NCBI GenBank assembly: GCA_009103225.1
Contig: RHPI01000773.1
Location: forward strand, 396,003-460,002
From: Chlorokybus atmophyticus
Lineage: Eukaryota; Plantae; Mesostigma and Chlorokybus algae
Reading direction: 5' to 3'
DNA length: 64,000 nt
Part shown: positions 39,560-52,432 of the stretch, piece by piece
Layout of the letters: the number at the start of each line of letters is the position of its first letter
Position numbering within the stretch: position 1 is the first letter of the stretch
The notes under the pieces: model-generated
Told to the model about the DNA's origin: nothing
Database searches by the model: none
What the model saw: the letters and a program-made list of their open reading frames with translations, nothing else
Position numbers and translations under genes: made by a program

Positions 39560-41005
39560 ATGTCTGACCAAGGAAGGGATGATGTGGAGAAGTCCACATC
39601 ATATGAGCCATCGAGTGAAGAGGAAGTGAACTACTCTGACACGAGTGAAAGCTATAAGCTTACTGACAGTGAGAAGGAAGGAGCTAAGCAAGACAGCGAA
39701 GCTTCTCCCAACCATTCTGCTCGAAGTGGACCAGCTGCAGTGGACACACAGAGTGTCATTGGCGGGGCCATTGAGAAGTATGCCTCAGAGCGTAAAGCTC
39801 TACTTGCTGCCCACCCTCAGCTTCGTCAAGAAACGTGGGATGCATGGGCGCAGACGGTTCGTGATGGCTATGAGACAGACTTTGCCACACTCCCTCGTGC
39901 AAGCAAGGAGATGGTGATCCGCATGCTCGAACATGAGCTGACGAACAACATCCCGCCACTCGTGCGAGGTGATCCAAAGGTGGCTGCTATCATGGCCGTA
40001 TATGATAAGCCTCTCCCTTACCAAGGCAAGCGAATGGCGTTTGAGGCTTTGGCCAACTTGGGAGTGGAAACCTCACAGCGTTGCAAGAATGTGTTCTGGT
40101 ACTTGGGACCTAAGTTGGAAGACAAGTTGACTGGCCGAGTGCAGTTGACGGCACGCCCCGATGCCATGCAGGCTGAGTTGGTGGCGCTGCGCCAACAGGT
40201 GGCAGGTGCTACTTCGGCAGCTGGGGCATCAGCAGGTCTGCCGGTGACAGCTCTGAACAAGCCTGAGAAGTTCAAGCCTAACGGCAGCGTCAGTATTCAC
40301 GACTGGGTGGTCACTGTCGAGCACTACTTGACGGCACTCAAGCGCCCGGTTAATGAGCACATTGTTGCTGAGTTGCTCATGCCATCTGATGCTCTCGCCG
40401 AATGGGCGAGGCAGACAGAACATGGTGCTGCCAAGACAGTGGAGGCACTTTTTCAGTTCCTGATGGAACGCTATGGTGGCATGGACCCGGCTACTCAGGC
40501 TCGCAACAAACTCAGCAAGTTGCGCCAGAATGGTCGGGCGGCCTCAACCTATTTGCAGGAGTTTCAGGCATTGGTGGGTCGTGCAAACAGCGGCCTCATG
40601 CCCATGGACAAGGCCGAGCAGTTTGAGTTGTACAAGCGCGGCTTGGATGCGCGTGTGCGTGATCAGCTGCAGTACAACACGGCAACGGGACTTCCTTGGG
40701 TTCCAGAGGACTTGGCCAAGCTGTAGAAGCTGAGCGTGTACCTGTACAATGATGTTACGACGGTGCAGGACAAGTCACATGTGGCAGTTTTGGCCAAGCC
40801 GCCGGGGGTGGGGGGAAAGCGTTTCTCTCATCCAAGTGCACACCTGGCAAAAAAGGCGAAGACATTTGGTGCTTCTACCAGTGGCGCACCTGCTGGTGGT
40901 GCCATGCCTGCTGCTGCTTACACCTGTTACGTCTGTCATCAGCCTAACCACATCGCAAAGAACTGCCCAACTAAGGGGAAGGGCAAGGCCAAGAAGGTTA
41001 AATAG
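39560..41005 (+). pseudogene. gag: Retrotransposon Gag with CCHC zinc knuckle; premature TAG at 40724-40726
   Basis: KPEKFKP...DWVVTVEHYL, ARNKLSKLRQ...YLQEFQAL (retrotransposon-gag-like); in-frame CYVCHQPNHIAKNC knuckle after the stop. Confidence 0.85.
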
Positions 41006-41149
41006 AATTACGCCGTGACTGATGTAGAAGTGGTTGATAACCAGTTGCTTGTACTAGTGGCAAACTGGTTGAATGAGCTGTCCCAAGTGCATGTAATGAC
41101 GCATGCATGGCAAGCACATAACAGGTTGCCACCTTTTTATGTTGAATAG

Positions 41150-44100
41150 GTGGAAGAGAATGCTTGTGTGTTGGTACATGTGGAGTTTAACATGCTTACC
41201 AATGTGTTGCACACTTTGACCGAGTTGCAAAGTAGGCACAGAATCTTACGTGTGGTAGTAATAATACCTAAATATCATGGCCCATGGTTGAAACACACTC
41301 GAGGGGGAACTGTGTTGAAGCAATTTAGCAAGCGTGAAACAGAGACAGTGCGATTGTCAGCAATTTTACTCAACCCTCGCATTAGTCACGGACTCTTGGC
41401 TACATTTCAAGGACGGGTAGTACCTCTGTTGTGGACATTTAGTGGCACAATGCAAGGGGTAAACAGTTCGTTCTTGATTGACACTGGTGCAACACACAAT
41501 TTCGTTGAGGAACAATGGGTTGTGCGCAACAAGATAGCATGTAAACCCTCTGCATTTTCAGCTGCCGGTGCGGGGGGTGCGTTGCCAGTGAAAGGGGAAA
41601 TAAAAATGAAAATAAAAATTGGTAATTATCATGCCACTCTTACTTTCATAGTGGTATCTATCGACATATCAGGTGTTGATGTGGTATTAGGACAGGAATG
41701 GCAGGAGAATGTCACATTGGAAAGTGACATTGGATACTGGCGCACGCTTGTGCACAGTAAAAAAAGGTCGTAAGCGTGCAACATTGTCTCTGAAAGGGTC
41801 ACATAGCTTGGACTACAAGCAGCCCGACCCAGCGCTACTCACTGCACTGCAAGTGAAACGTGCGTTGCGCAAAAACACACCGGCTTTTCTAGTACACTTG
41901 ACGTCGTCGGACGACTTTGTGCCAGGAAATACAGAAGGTGTTGCAGACATCATTGAGAAATATCAAGATGTGTTCTTATATGAGTTGCCAGGCTTACCTC
42001 CTGATCGAGGTGTCGGACACACAATACCACTCATTCCGGATAGTGAGCGTCCGTTTCGGCCTATATATAGGCTGAGCCCCCGAGAGAAGGGGGAAATGGA
42101 AACACCAATCAAAGAGTTATTGGAAAAGGGATTGATTGAATCGAGTTCTTCACCTTTTGGCGCGCCCATCTTGTTTGTGATGAAAAAGAATGGAAAGTTG
42201 CGCATGTGTGTGGATTACCGTGCTTTGAACAAGATCACGGTAAAGAATCGATACCCGTTGCCCCGGATTAATGATGTGTTTGATAAACTGTCGGGAAATG
42301 CGTACTCTAGTACGTTGGACTTGACAAGTGGGTATCATCAAATCCGGATTCATCCTTCTAATGCTTGCAAGACAGCATTCGAAACACCTTCGGGCCATTA
42401 TCAATACAAAGTGTTACCTTTTGGATTGACTAATGCGCCCGCAGTGTTTCAGAAGGAAATGAATAAGATTTTTGGTGGCATACTTGGCAAGTATGTTATG
42501 GTTTACTTGGATGGCATCATTGGCTTTAGTAAAACCAAGGAAGAGCATAAGCAGCACTTGGAAGCGGTGTTCGCCTTGCTGCGTACACATCGCTTGTTTG
42601 CTAACTTGCCAAAGTGTGACTTTTGCAAGGCAGAGGTGCCATTCTCAGGGCATATTGTGAGTGGTGCGGGTGTCAAACCTTACCCTCGCAAAGTGCAAGT
42701 GGTAAAAGATTGGCCTCAACCTAAGAATATCCATCAATTGCGATCATTCTTAGGGTTGGCAAACTACTACTTTCGCAAGTTTATGATGGGGTACTCTACA
42801 GTTGTGGTGCCTTTGACAAAACTTTTGCGAAAGGATGCCCCATTCTTTTGGACAGCAGAACAAGAAGCTGCTATGCAGCAAGTGAAGCTAGCTTTGACTT
42901 CGGCACCAGTATTGGCATTGCCAAATTGGGATAAACACTTCACTGTGATTAGCGATGCCTCCACCCTTGGGTTTGGTGCAATATTGCTACAGGATGGCCG
43001 ACCATGTGCTTATGAGAGTAGAAAATTCATCCCAGCAGAGGTGAACTACACTACCACTGAGCAAGAATTACTGGGTATAGTGCATGCTCTTGAAACATGG
43101 CGATGTTACTTGGAGGGAGTTCAGTTCACAGTGGTGACTGATCACTACCCGTTGGTGTACTTCTCAACACAGCTGAACTTGTCGCGTAGACAAGCTCGCT
43201 GGAATGAGTTCCTGTCGCGGTTTACCTTGAAATGGGTATACCGGCCGGGCAGAACCAACATGGCAAATCCTATGAGTCGCTGTCCGTCATTGTTGGCAGT
43301 TATGCGTGCGCAGTTGCTTGCAACGCAGGGTACATTGCCTCCAGATGATAATTTGTGCAAGCTGTTTTACAGGGGTATGCATTAGACCCATGGTTCTGTA
43401 TACAAGAGAATGTACAAAAGCTTGACAAAAGAGATTACTTGTATTATATGAGCGCCAGCTTGGTGATACCTGACCATGCTGGGTTGCGCATAAAATGCAT
43501 AGCTGAAGTACACGATCCACTATATGCTGGGCACTTTGGGGGTCGCAAGACTATTAAAGCAGCGCAACAGTTGTACTGGTGGCCATTGTTGCCTGTTGAC
43601 GTGAAGCATTATGTTGACACGTGTAACAAATGTCAGCGTGACAAGCCGTTACGTCAGAAACCCGCTGGGTTGCTGCGACCTTTGCCTGTTCCTGATGGCA
43701 AGTGGGAAAGTGTGAGTATGGACCCAATTACTGAGCTCGCGGAGACAGCATTAGGGCAGGACACCGCGGTTGCAGTTTTTGTGGACCGTTTATCAAAAAT
43801 GGTTCACATTGTCCCTTGCCGCACGGAAATAGGCTCCCGTGAGTTAGCGATGGTTTTTGTCGCCTTTGTGTTTAAGTTACATGGCTTGCCTCGTAACTTC
43901 GTATCAAATCGCGATCCGCGATTTGTAGCTCAGTTCTGGAAGTCGCTATGCAGCTTCTTACATATTTACAATACATGAGCACAGCTTACCATCCACAAAC
44001 GGATGGTTAGACAGAGCGCGCCAATCAAGTGATTGAGGAAACCATCCGGCATTATGTAAGTCCGAACCAATCTGATTGGGATGTTTATCTCCCAATGGCT

Positions 44101-44790
44101 GAGTTCGCGATTAACAATGCATGGCAAGAGAGTGTGCAGGAACCGCCGTTTTACTTGAATTATGGAGTGCATCCACTGAGTCCTGCAAACATTAAATTGC
44201 CCGCTACCGACATAACTCGTGTACCTGCAGCGCGCGAGATGGCCTCGGCCATGCAGGATAGGTTAGCGTTGGCAAAGGACTGCTTGCGCGCAGCGCAAGA
44301 CAGACAAAAAGCCCATGCTGATGCGCATCGTAGAGAGGCCAACTACGATGTGGGCTGTTCGGTGCTTCTCAGCACCAAACACATATCCCGTCAAGGGAGT
44401 GGGTACCCGCAAGTTTTCCCTCGCTGGATAGGCCCGTTTAAAGTGATTGATCGGGTCGGCACTCACGCGTATCGTTTGGACTTGCCAAATCGATACGCAT
44501 TCACAATGTGTTCCATGCGAGTGTACTGAAACCGTACCGTTCTGACAGTCGAGTTCAACCTCCTCCCACCCCCGTTGCAGTGGATGGCGACGATACGCGA
44601 GTATGAGGTGGAAACAATCCTGAGTTATCGTAAGCCTCGACGCGGACGCGCGCTGTCTTACTTGGTGAAATGGAAAGGGTATGGTGTTGAGCACAATACA
44701 TGGGAGCCTGAAAGGAATCTTACTAACTGCCATGAGATTCATCGGGGTTCTCTCTACTGGAGTACTGTGTCCACACGCGGACGGTAAAAG
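41150..44790 (+). pseudogene. pol: Pol: aspartic protease, RT, RNase H, integrase and chromodomain, disrupted
   Basis: FLIDTGATHNFV; LRMCVDYRALNKIT; LPFGLTNAPAVFQ; YLDG in place of YLDD; TTTEQELLGIV; HDPLYAGHFG...CNKC; YHPQTDG lost by frameshift near 43975; EYEVETILSYR...YLVKWKGYGVEHNTWEPERNL. Confidence 0.95.
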
Positions 44791-44897
44791 GGTGCTGGCA
44801 GACATCTTTACCTTTTCGGCCCTGATTCTCTTAATACTTTCGTTTCTTTACTCGTGGTGGGGCTTTGCTAACCCTGCAATGGGGACATTGAAACCTA

Positions 44898-44909
44898 AGT
44901 GGGGGGGAA
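44898..44909 (+). other. Polypurine tract
   Basis: AGTGGGGGGGAA immediately before the 3' LTR. Confidence 0.85.
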
Positions 44910-45247
44910 TGTAACGGTGTGCTACCTCCATAGAGGTTCCCCGCCCTTGTTTAGGATTAAATATGGGTCCCAACGGGATTATACAGCCTATTAAGCCATA
45001 TTAAGGCCGTTAACTTATGTTAAGGCCCTAATGTAGTGTTACTTATCCGTAACACTGATATCGACATGTGACATGAGTCTCATGTCGATATCAGCCGCAT
45101 GGCGGCGCTGCTAACGCAGCGACCGCCATAGCCAGGGGATCTTTTGCTTTGGCAGTTACCCCTGGCGGCGGCGGCGTGGGCGGCGTGGCTGGTGGTGGTG
45201 TTGGGGTAGGGGATTTAAGGGAGGAGGGAGCACCCCCTCTCCTTACA
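44910..45247 (+). repeat. 3' LTR (338 bp)
   Basis: TGTAAC...CCTTACA, direct repeat of the 5' LTR. Confidence 0.95.
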
Positions 45248-47852
45248 CTCCCCATCTCTCTCGCTCACACCCTTACCACCTCTTCGTTAGGCATTACCGC
45301 TATCACAATTAGGGTTACGCGCATTCGCGCACAACATGCATCACTAAGACATATTGCCAACTATGTGCACGTCGATACGTGCTCACGCGTGTGCGTTATG
45401 GCACTGCTATGGATGCCACTATGCATGTGCCATTTCGTTGCACGTTGTTTATGCCATAGAAACGGGCATGACCATGTTTGCAAGTGTATTGTGTATGCAA
45501 CACTGTGCCCACCAGGGCCCATCCTTTTCAATTCTCATGCAATCGTGCATAAGTACATGACTTATGCACATGATGCATGTCCTTAAATCATTCACATGTC
45601 AACCATACATGATGCATGTTCACAAGTCTGCACACAATGTAGACACCCTGGTTTACTATGCTGATAGTCACGTGCATTCTGCTCCCTTAGTGGAGAGGGA
45701 GGCGTGCACAGGCAGAGTGAGGATGAGGGACATGCTCCCTTGAACTTTGGGAACGGTGAGAGCTTCATGGTGCAGCTTGTAGCAGATCTTGAAACTTCTA
45801 GAACGGTGTCAACCTCACATGGCAGCTCCTACACAACTCTCATGAGCAACCCATCTCACATAGGGCAGGAGAAGGCCCCTTGAACAGTAACACCAAGCAC
45901 CCCACACTCAGTTGGTGGAAGGATCTTGGTAACGCTCACCTAAGGCATGCACAACAGTGCCAGCGCCATCCCCAACGTGCACAAAAACAACTATCCTTGC
46001 CATGGGCGTGCCAACACCCTTAAGCCCGTAGGCGGCTGATGCTGACGTAGCTGTTCAAATCCCCTTCCTGATGCCTTCCCACTTGGCCACACACTCCCTC
46101 AAGAGGCATAATTTCTTGGGCGTGTGCTGACGATACAATTGTCCAACATACTACACAGTTGTTGAACGGCCATTTCCCATCATGGCAACATGTCACACAC
46201 TTGATGTGACTCACTCAACGTTGGCACATCATGCCATGTGCCATACATGTCGCATCTTTGTTTATGCTTGATGTGTCATGCAGCTGCACTTCACATGTGC
46301 ATGCTTACCAACTTCCTTACAGCATGTGCACTTAATGCACATGCATAATGTATTCTACATATCACACAGCTTGTCACACGCTTGCATAAGCCACCAGACT
46401 GTGTGTGTGAGCGCTCATAACATGTGGCGCTACATTGCTGTATATACCGGCATGTAAAGTACACTGTACTATCTATGATATTTGCCACAATATGTGCCAA
46501 TGTCTTGCATTGTGAGCACATGCTCACACTGACCAGCTTTGTGCTGCAAGTTGCTTATTCATGCTTTGTATTGTTCATCATGCCCAAGGCTCATGAGCTC
46601 GAGGACTAACTGTATGAACGAACCACTTAGGTACAGAGCACAACCCCACCACCCAACCCCACCGACCAGACCTAACTGTCGGCAAGGACGCAAGGACCCT
46701 GCGCAGTGCAGTGCTGACGTTGGCACTGCAGCGCAAGGGTGGCAGCGGCAGCAGGACCACCGCGGGGTGGCTCACGCGCAAAGGGTTTGGGAGATGAGAG
46801 AGGCAGAGGAAGGGGGTGGTGGCGGAGAAGGGGGAGGAGGGGGAGGAGGGGAGGGAGTCCTGCTGGTCTTTGATGCTGCAGCAACTGCGACGCTGAATCG
46901 AACTGACTGAAACGGCCCTGTGGGCAGGTAACACCATGTCAACATACATGCATGGCTAACGGGGACGGGCGGTAGTGTCGTAGTGATAGTGGCTAGCCCG
47001 GTAGTGATGGTGTACAACTTGATAAACTGAATTGGTAGTGTGCATGTGAGTGTCGGTGTGCATGTGGCATACGTATGCGTGTGTCTCACACAGCACTTCA
47101 CATACCCTATGCACCTAAGCAGTTGACCACCCATACAATCATGCCGTTATATGTCGCAACATAGCAATTGAGAGCGAGAATGCCTTGTTTATTTAGCGTG
47201 ACGGTGTAGCTTCAATACAAGCACATCCACGCAATGCTCACCGAGGCTGTCACCTTCTAGATAACTACTCACGCTAGTAGCGGCTATGCATTCCGCGTGG
47301 TGAGCCAGCTGTATAACTAATGGTAAAACCAAGCGCGCGCGCGCAAGAGGGGAAGGGGGGGGGGGNNNNNNNNNNNNNNNNNNNNNNNNNNNNNNNNNNN
47401 NNNNNNNNNNNNNNNNNNNNNNNNNNNNNNNNNNNNNNNNNNNNNNNNNNNNNNNNNNNNNNNNNNNNNNNNNNNNNNNNNNNNNNNNNNNNNNNNNNNN
47501 NNNNGGGGGGGGGGGGGGGGGGGGGGGGCGCAGTTACATGCATGGAATGTTGTTACGACAAGGAGGAGAGACACGTTTGCAAGCTGACTGGTACCATCCA
47601 CAACAACGTCTTCAAGCAACACCAACAAAATACAGCAAGCAAAAACTGCACGTGCTATGCGCCCTAATTGTGGGACTCGCGCACACCAACATATGAACAG
47701 TAGGCTCAATACGGACGTCTGTGTATGCTTCTGCGCCCGGGACGTGTCTAACTCCAGTCCGCAGTCTCATCTGCATACAGACAGCGCAATTGCAGTAAGT
47801 GAGCGCAAAGCTAATGAATTGGTCATCATTGCAGCATGCAGGCAGTTAACAA

Positions 47853-48826
47853 CTAGTAGTGACAATGCAGCACTTGCCGCATACCTTCATCAGACATGTC
47901 AGTATCATCAGAGCCCGAGCTCCAAGGACTTCTGCCGCCTTCAGGCTTGTCGAGCCAGCGCTGGATGCGAGCAGAGCGAGCGGAATCATCGCTGTAGTAG
48001 CCGCTGCGATCAATTGGCGTGTCTATGTCATGAGGGTGCTGCGCATGCGCTGCCCCGGCACGTCGTGTGGCGTTGGTGGCAGCATGGTGCGGTGTCAACA
48101 TCTCCTTTGGGTGTGTACCATGCGGAACAGCTGTGGCAGGAGTCACTGCCTTTACAACAAGGCGGAGCGCTTTCTGGTTGCGGATCACATTAGCTAGGCT
48201 GCCGAACAGACCAAGAAAGTATATCGTGCATGCGCCCCATACCACAGCACCACCAGCTGCAAGGATGCTTGCCACAACTGTAGCAGCTTGGAAGCCTGCA
48301 CAGATGCACCGCGGCTGAGAGATGAATTGCACAACTTGTACCTGCATTGTAGAAACTATGCATGCATAGGACAACAAGGCAGTTGGCCTCACCAGTAGCA
48401 GCTGTTGCGGTAATCACCATTGTGGCTTTGCCCATAAAAGCTGCCAAACTGACCATGACAGCAAGAGCTGATGCAGCACCAGCAACAACCGCAGCAACAG
48501 GGACTCCGATGCAGATCACTCCCACCAATGCAGCGCCCACGGGAACCAACAAGGCTCCAAACTGCAGTACAGCTACTGGTAAGCACAGCTTTCAGCAAGC
48601 TGCTGTCCACCATCTGGTAGGTACCAGCAAAGTGACTAACCACTCTGTGCAAGACGCTGCATACCTCCAGCACCATGACCGCAGCGCCCGCAGCATGCGC
48701 AATCCACCAATGCATTACTTTCAGACCAAATTCTCCTGTGGCTGTTGCAAAACCAAGGGCTGCAAGTGTTGTCAGCACTCCAATCAGCAGCAAAGCCACC
48801 ACTAAAAGCGGCAACCGCTGCTCCAT
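47853..48826 (-). CDS. Unknown multi-pass membrane protein (about 4-5 TM helices, hydrophilic C-tail)
   Basis: Exons 48826-~48665 (MEQRLPLLVVALLLIGVL...VMVLE), ~48563-48392 (FGALLVPVGAALVGVICIG...) and from ~48295 (GFQAATVVASILAAGGAVVWGACTIYFLG...) join in phase via GT-AG. No family recognised. Confidence 0.55.
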
Positions 48827-48982
48827 TGCTGCGCCAACTGACTTGGTCAAGCGGAAAGTAACGGCGTCTCCCGTGTCAATATACAGCGTTTGAGGCCTAC
48901 CTACCCTTCAGTGTCCTAATCTAGTTGCCTATAACTACAGTAAGTGTTTCGAGCGCGCTCTAGAATTGCCTATGCCGGCAGC

Positions 48983-50010
48983 TCAGCGCAGTGCAAAGTG
49001 TATCTTGCGATGGTAGTCAGCATTGCGCGTGGGTCGTGACAGGTGCAGTTCTTCCTTGTGAAGCATGTACAGGTAAATGACAATGAAGAGCACCAGCAAA
49101 AAAGTGCACAGCGCTAGTACATTGGCCGTCCACCACTTTTTTATTTGAGCCTGCTCGTAAGCCTGCGAAAAGCAGCACGCAAACATGATGTTGAGTTTCA
49201 ATACTTGCAGCAGCTTAGTGGTATTGCAAACGACCTGGGAACAACAAAAGCAGTGGCTGTAAGTTTGATAAGGTTGCTCACCATATCAGGCTTGCTTGGT
49301 GTAGATGGCTCTTCATACCGCTCATTCAAGTTCCTGAAAATGTGTGAGGGAAGGTTGGAATAGGTCATCAGAATTGTGCGAACCATTGATTGGCAAATAA
49401 TAGCTGCATGCAGTACCCGCCATTGGACTGCCACTTGACTGCATTGCACTAACTTGTCAAAACCAGCAAGCATGCCAACCTATTGGATGAGGAGCGGCGC
49501 ATCGGCTTCAAGGCGTGACTGAGAGCCATCTCAGACCTGGCCGCCGCGGACATCCTTCGCCACGGGTAGGCCTGTAAACAAGACCAAGCTTGAGACCTAT
49601 GGCATTCTGCGGTGCTAGCCCATACACATGCATGCACAATCCTGTTGTTCCTAACCTGAGCAAAGTTCAAAAAGTTATGCAAGACGCCCATGTCCGTAAC
49701 AAAACTCATGGCTTGCGCAGTACAAGAATTCTTCCCATGACCAGTACAGTCAGACCAAAGGTGGCTACTACCAGCACTACAACCTGACAAGCAGCAGGAC
49801 ACGCGCACTCGTGACACTATTAAAACCCCTTCTGCCCTTCCAGTGCACCACTAGACTGACTGCCACCAGGACAAGGACGAAAACGACAATGCCTACGGCG
49901 AGAATCACACCCACGGCCACGGGGCAAGCTTAATTCAGCCCCAAACCCTTATAACTCGCTTACGATGAGCAGGCAGTCGACTGCCGAACATAAGCAGGCC
50001 TCCAGCCAAC
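48983..50010 (-). CDS. Unknown membrane protein; 5' end unresolved, one apparent frameshift near 49715
   Basis: In-phase exon chain ...NFLNFAQ|AYPWRR...SNS|QVAVQWRVL...KPDM|VVCNTTKLLQ|AYEQAQIKKWWTANVLALCTFLLVLFIVIYLYML...ALR*. Hydrophobic upstream exons at ~49930-49862 and ~49783-49716. Confidence 0.5.
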
Positions 50011-51743
50011 CCAAAAGCTGAGCTTGCAGATAAGCTCAAAGCTGGGCTAAGCTTAAAGCTGGGCTAAACTCAAAGCAAAGAGCTTGCAGCTTACCCGCAG
50101 CGATTCGCTGTGATGATCAACCCCGCAGGCATGCAGATTCTCCTTCGCAGCGCAAGCTTGCTGCAACACCAGCACAGAGCGCAGCTCGCTGAGAGCAGCA
50201 GCAGGCACGGCGGTAGCAACGTTAACCACCTAGGGCGCCGCAATCTCTTTGTTGCAGGCAGGCAGCCGCAATGCCTGCGCAAGTCGTGTGCGGCGGGAGC
50301 TGAGGCTGTTGTCGAGGGTGTCGGTGCAGCAGAGGAGTGTTACGGATGGGTTCAGACAGTGTAGACGCTGATGGTGTAAAATGCGCGGGTAAGTTGACCA
50401 CGACCGTCCGAGCTACAGTCTATCTCCGCGCTTGGCTTTGGATCGGACGGTGCAGCGGGGGAAAGGATAGTACTGCCAGCTGCTGACGTGCCTGCCTGCT
50501 GACAGCCCTCCACCGCAGATTACCTACGCGCGCCGGCCAGCGGTTGGCAGACGACTTGCCGCTGCGGTCACGGCGTAACGCGGTGACGGCGTATCAACGG
50601 TTAGCGGTTACGGCGTGGTCCACCGTGATCGTATGCTGTGGATGAGGTGTTGACGGCAACCACAGTTGCTGGAAGTCACTTTGATCGCGGTGGGTTACGT
50701 AACGCCACCCTGTTACGTCTTTCCAATGGAGTGTGGACTCCACAACAGTGACAGCGTGTCTAGTCTCTAAACTGCCGCCGAAACCGACGAAAATGCACTC
50801 TGAGTTCGGCTCACCATGCATGCATGGACAGAACACCTCACCACATCTCACCGTTACATGTTTGTGACATTATTATTGATAGACACTCTCACACTTGAGG
50901 TATGAAGCACAGATTGCTATGTCCAGTCCAAAATACGCACACACGCACACACTTGCCCTTTGAAAATTGCACACTCGCGCACGCAAGCTTTCGCACACGC
51001 ACGCTACTTATGCATGCACACGCACATGCACACGCACATGCGCATATGTGCATGCACACATGCGCGCATGCAATCAAGCTTGCACACACATTAGAATGTA
51101 CCCCCACCTTCATAATACACAATTACATATAAAGGGCTCACTATGGGGCCAACCGTGTGAAATATAATGCAGACGGGCATGGGCAACATCATGCATGGGA
51201 TGGGGGACTAACACAAGCAAAGGTTAAATGTGTCCATCTGCATAGGCGCACCCCTCATGAATAACCACTGTGAATACAACACGTGGTGTTTGCATTGCAA
51301 AGTTTGCCAGCTGTACATGCATAAGGTACGAATCATGGATGCAACCGTTGAGGCTTTGCATTTCACACTACAATACTACGCCATGGGCCATGGCGTAGAG
51401 TTTGAAAAAGTGGCTTTTGCTGCTATGGCCCATGGCAGCAAAAGCCACTACCCATGATGATATTTGAACATTATCTGTCTTTGTCTACCCGCCTGCTTTA
51501 CATCTTATGCCGCATAAGGTGTGGGTGAGTAATGCATGTCCACCATCATACATGATCGTGGGACACATAAATGGCATGAAGCTCCTCCTATGGTTAAAAA
51601 CAATGATGTTTTAATGATATGACAGATTGGTGACAACTGTATATTATACCGAAACTATACAATCATAAGATACAGATACATAGCATGGAACAATTTCAAT
51701 TCTAGTTGCTCGCATGCAAAAGCCTTCTCATGTATAAAAACAT

Positions 51744-51933
51744 TGCTGATTACACAAGCCAAGTGCTTGAATACCCTACTACTTCAAAACTATTTGCATC
51801 ATACCATGTTATCATCATATATGAGACTCTTACGCCCCTGCTGATTACACAAGCCAAGTGCTTGAATACCCTACCGCTTCATAACTATTAACATCAACCC
51901 ATGTTATCATCATACATGAGACTCCTACGCCCC
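51744..51933. repeat. Two-copy 95-bp tandem duplication in AT-rich intergenic DNA
   Basis: TGCTGATTACACAAGCCAAGTGCTTGAATACCCTAC... starts at 51744 and at 51839. Confidence 0.92.
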
Positions 51934-52432
51934 TAAATAAGAAGTGTTAGCAACTCAGTGCACCACAGCAATACCACAACAATGCACTGCCGCGTGAATG
52001 TTTATGGTTTAATTCACATGTTGGGTGTGGGTGAGTGTTGGAGGTGTACAAAAAATGCAAGAGAGATTGCAAAAGTGGGTAAGGAGACCAGGTCAATGCG
52101 GTGATTAAATTTCAGCTTGCAATGTGGGATATAACATAACTTGCACAGGCAACTACCCATACTACAAACTCACTACACATGCAAAGACATGCAACCGCCT
52201 GTACATCTCAAGAAACATTCATTGCACAGAATAAAACATTTTTACCAATAGCAAGTTACTCAACCTTATACTTATATACACAAGGATAAACACTACCGTT
52301 ATAAAGCAAAGGCTTCACTGATATATGGTTTAGGACCGCTGCATGAGGCGAAGCGGGAAGAAGGAAAGGATGAAACCAGCAACCCCAGCAGCAACCTCAG
52401 TCACACCACAGATTGGTGATCAAGGAGGTAAT

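Larger units (their letters stand above)
38292..45247 (+). mobile_element. Full-length, decayed Ty3/gypsy LTR retrotransposon (chromovirus)
   Basis: TG...CA LTRs at both ends; 5-bp TSD CTCCC (38287-38291 and 45248-45252); PBS and PPT present; gag-PR-RT-RH-IN-chromodomain order; internal stops and frameshifts. Confidence 0.97.

Noticed and set aside
41003-41011. TAG-AATTAC as a TMV-type readthrough signal
   Set aside because: It does not match the CARYYA consensus, so readthrough remains only a hypothesis.
45650-46220. Coding-like GC-richer stretch right of the 3' LTR (and ~37700-37960 on the left) as a host element split by the insertion
   Set aside because: All frames contain stops and no domain was recognisable.
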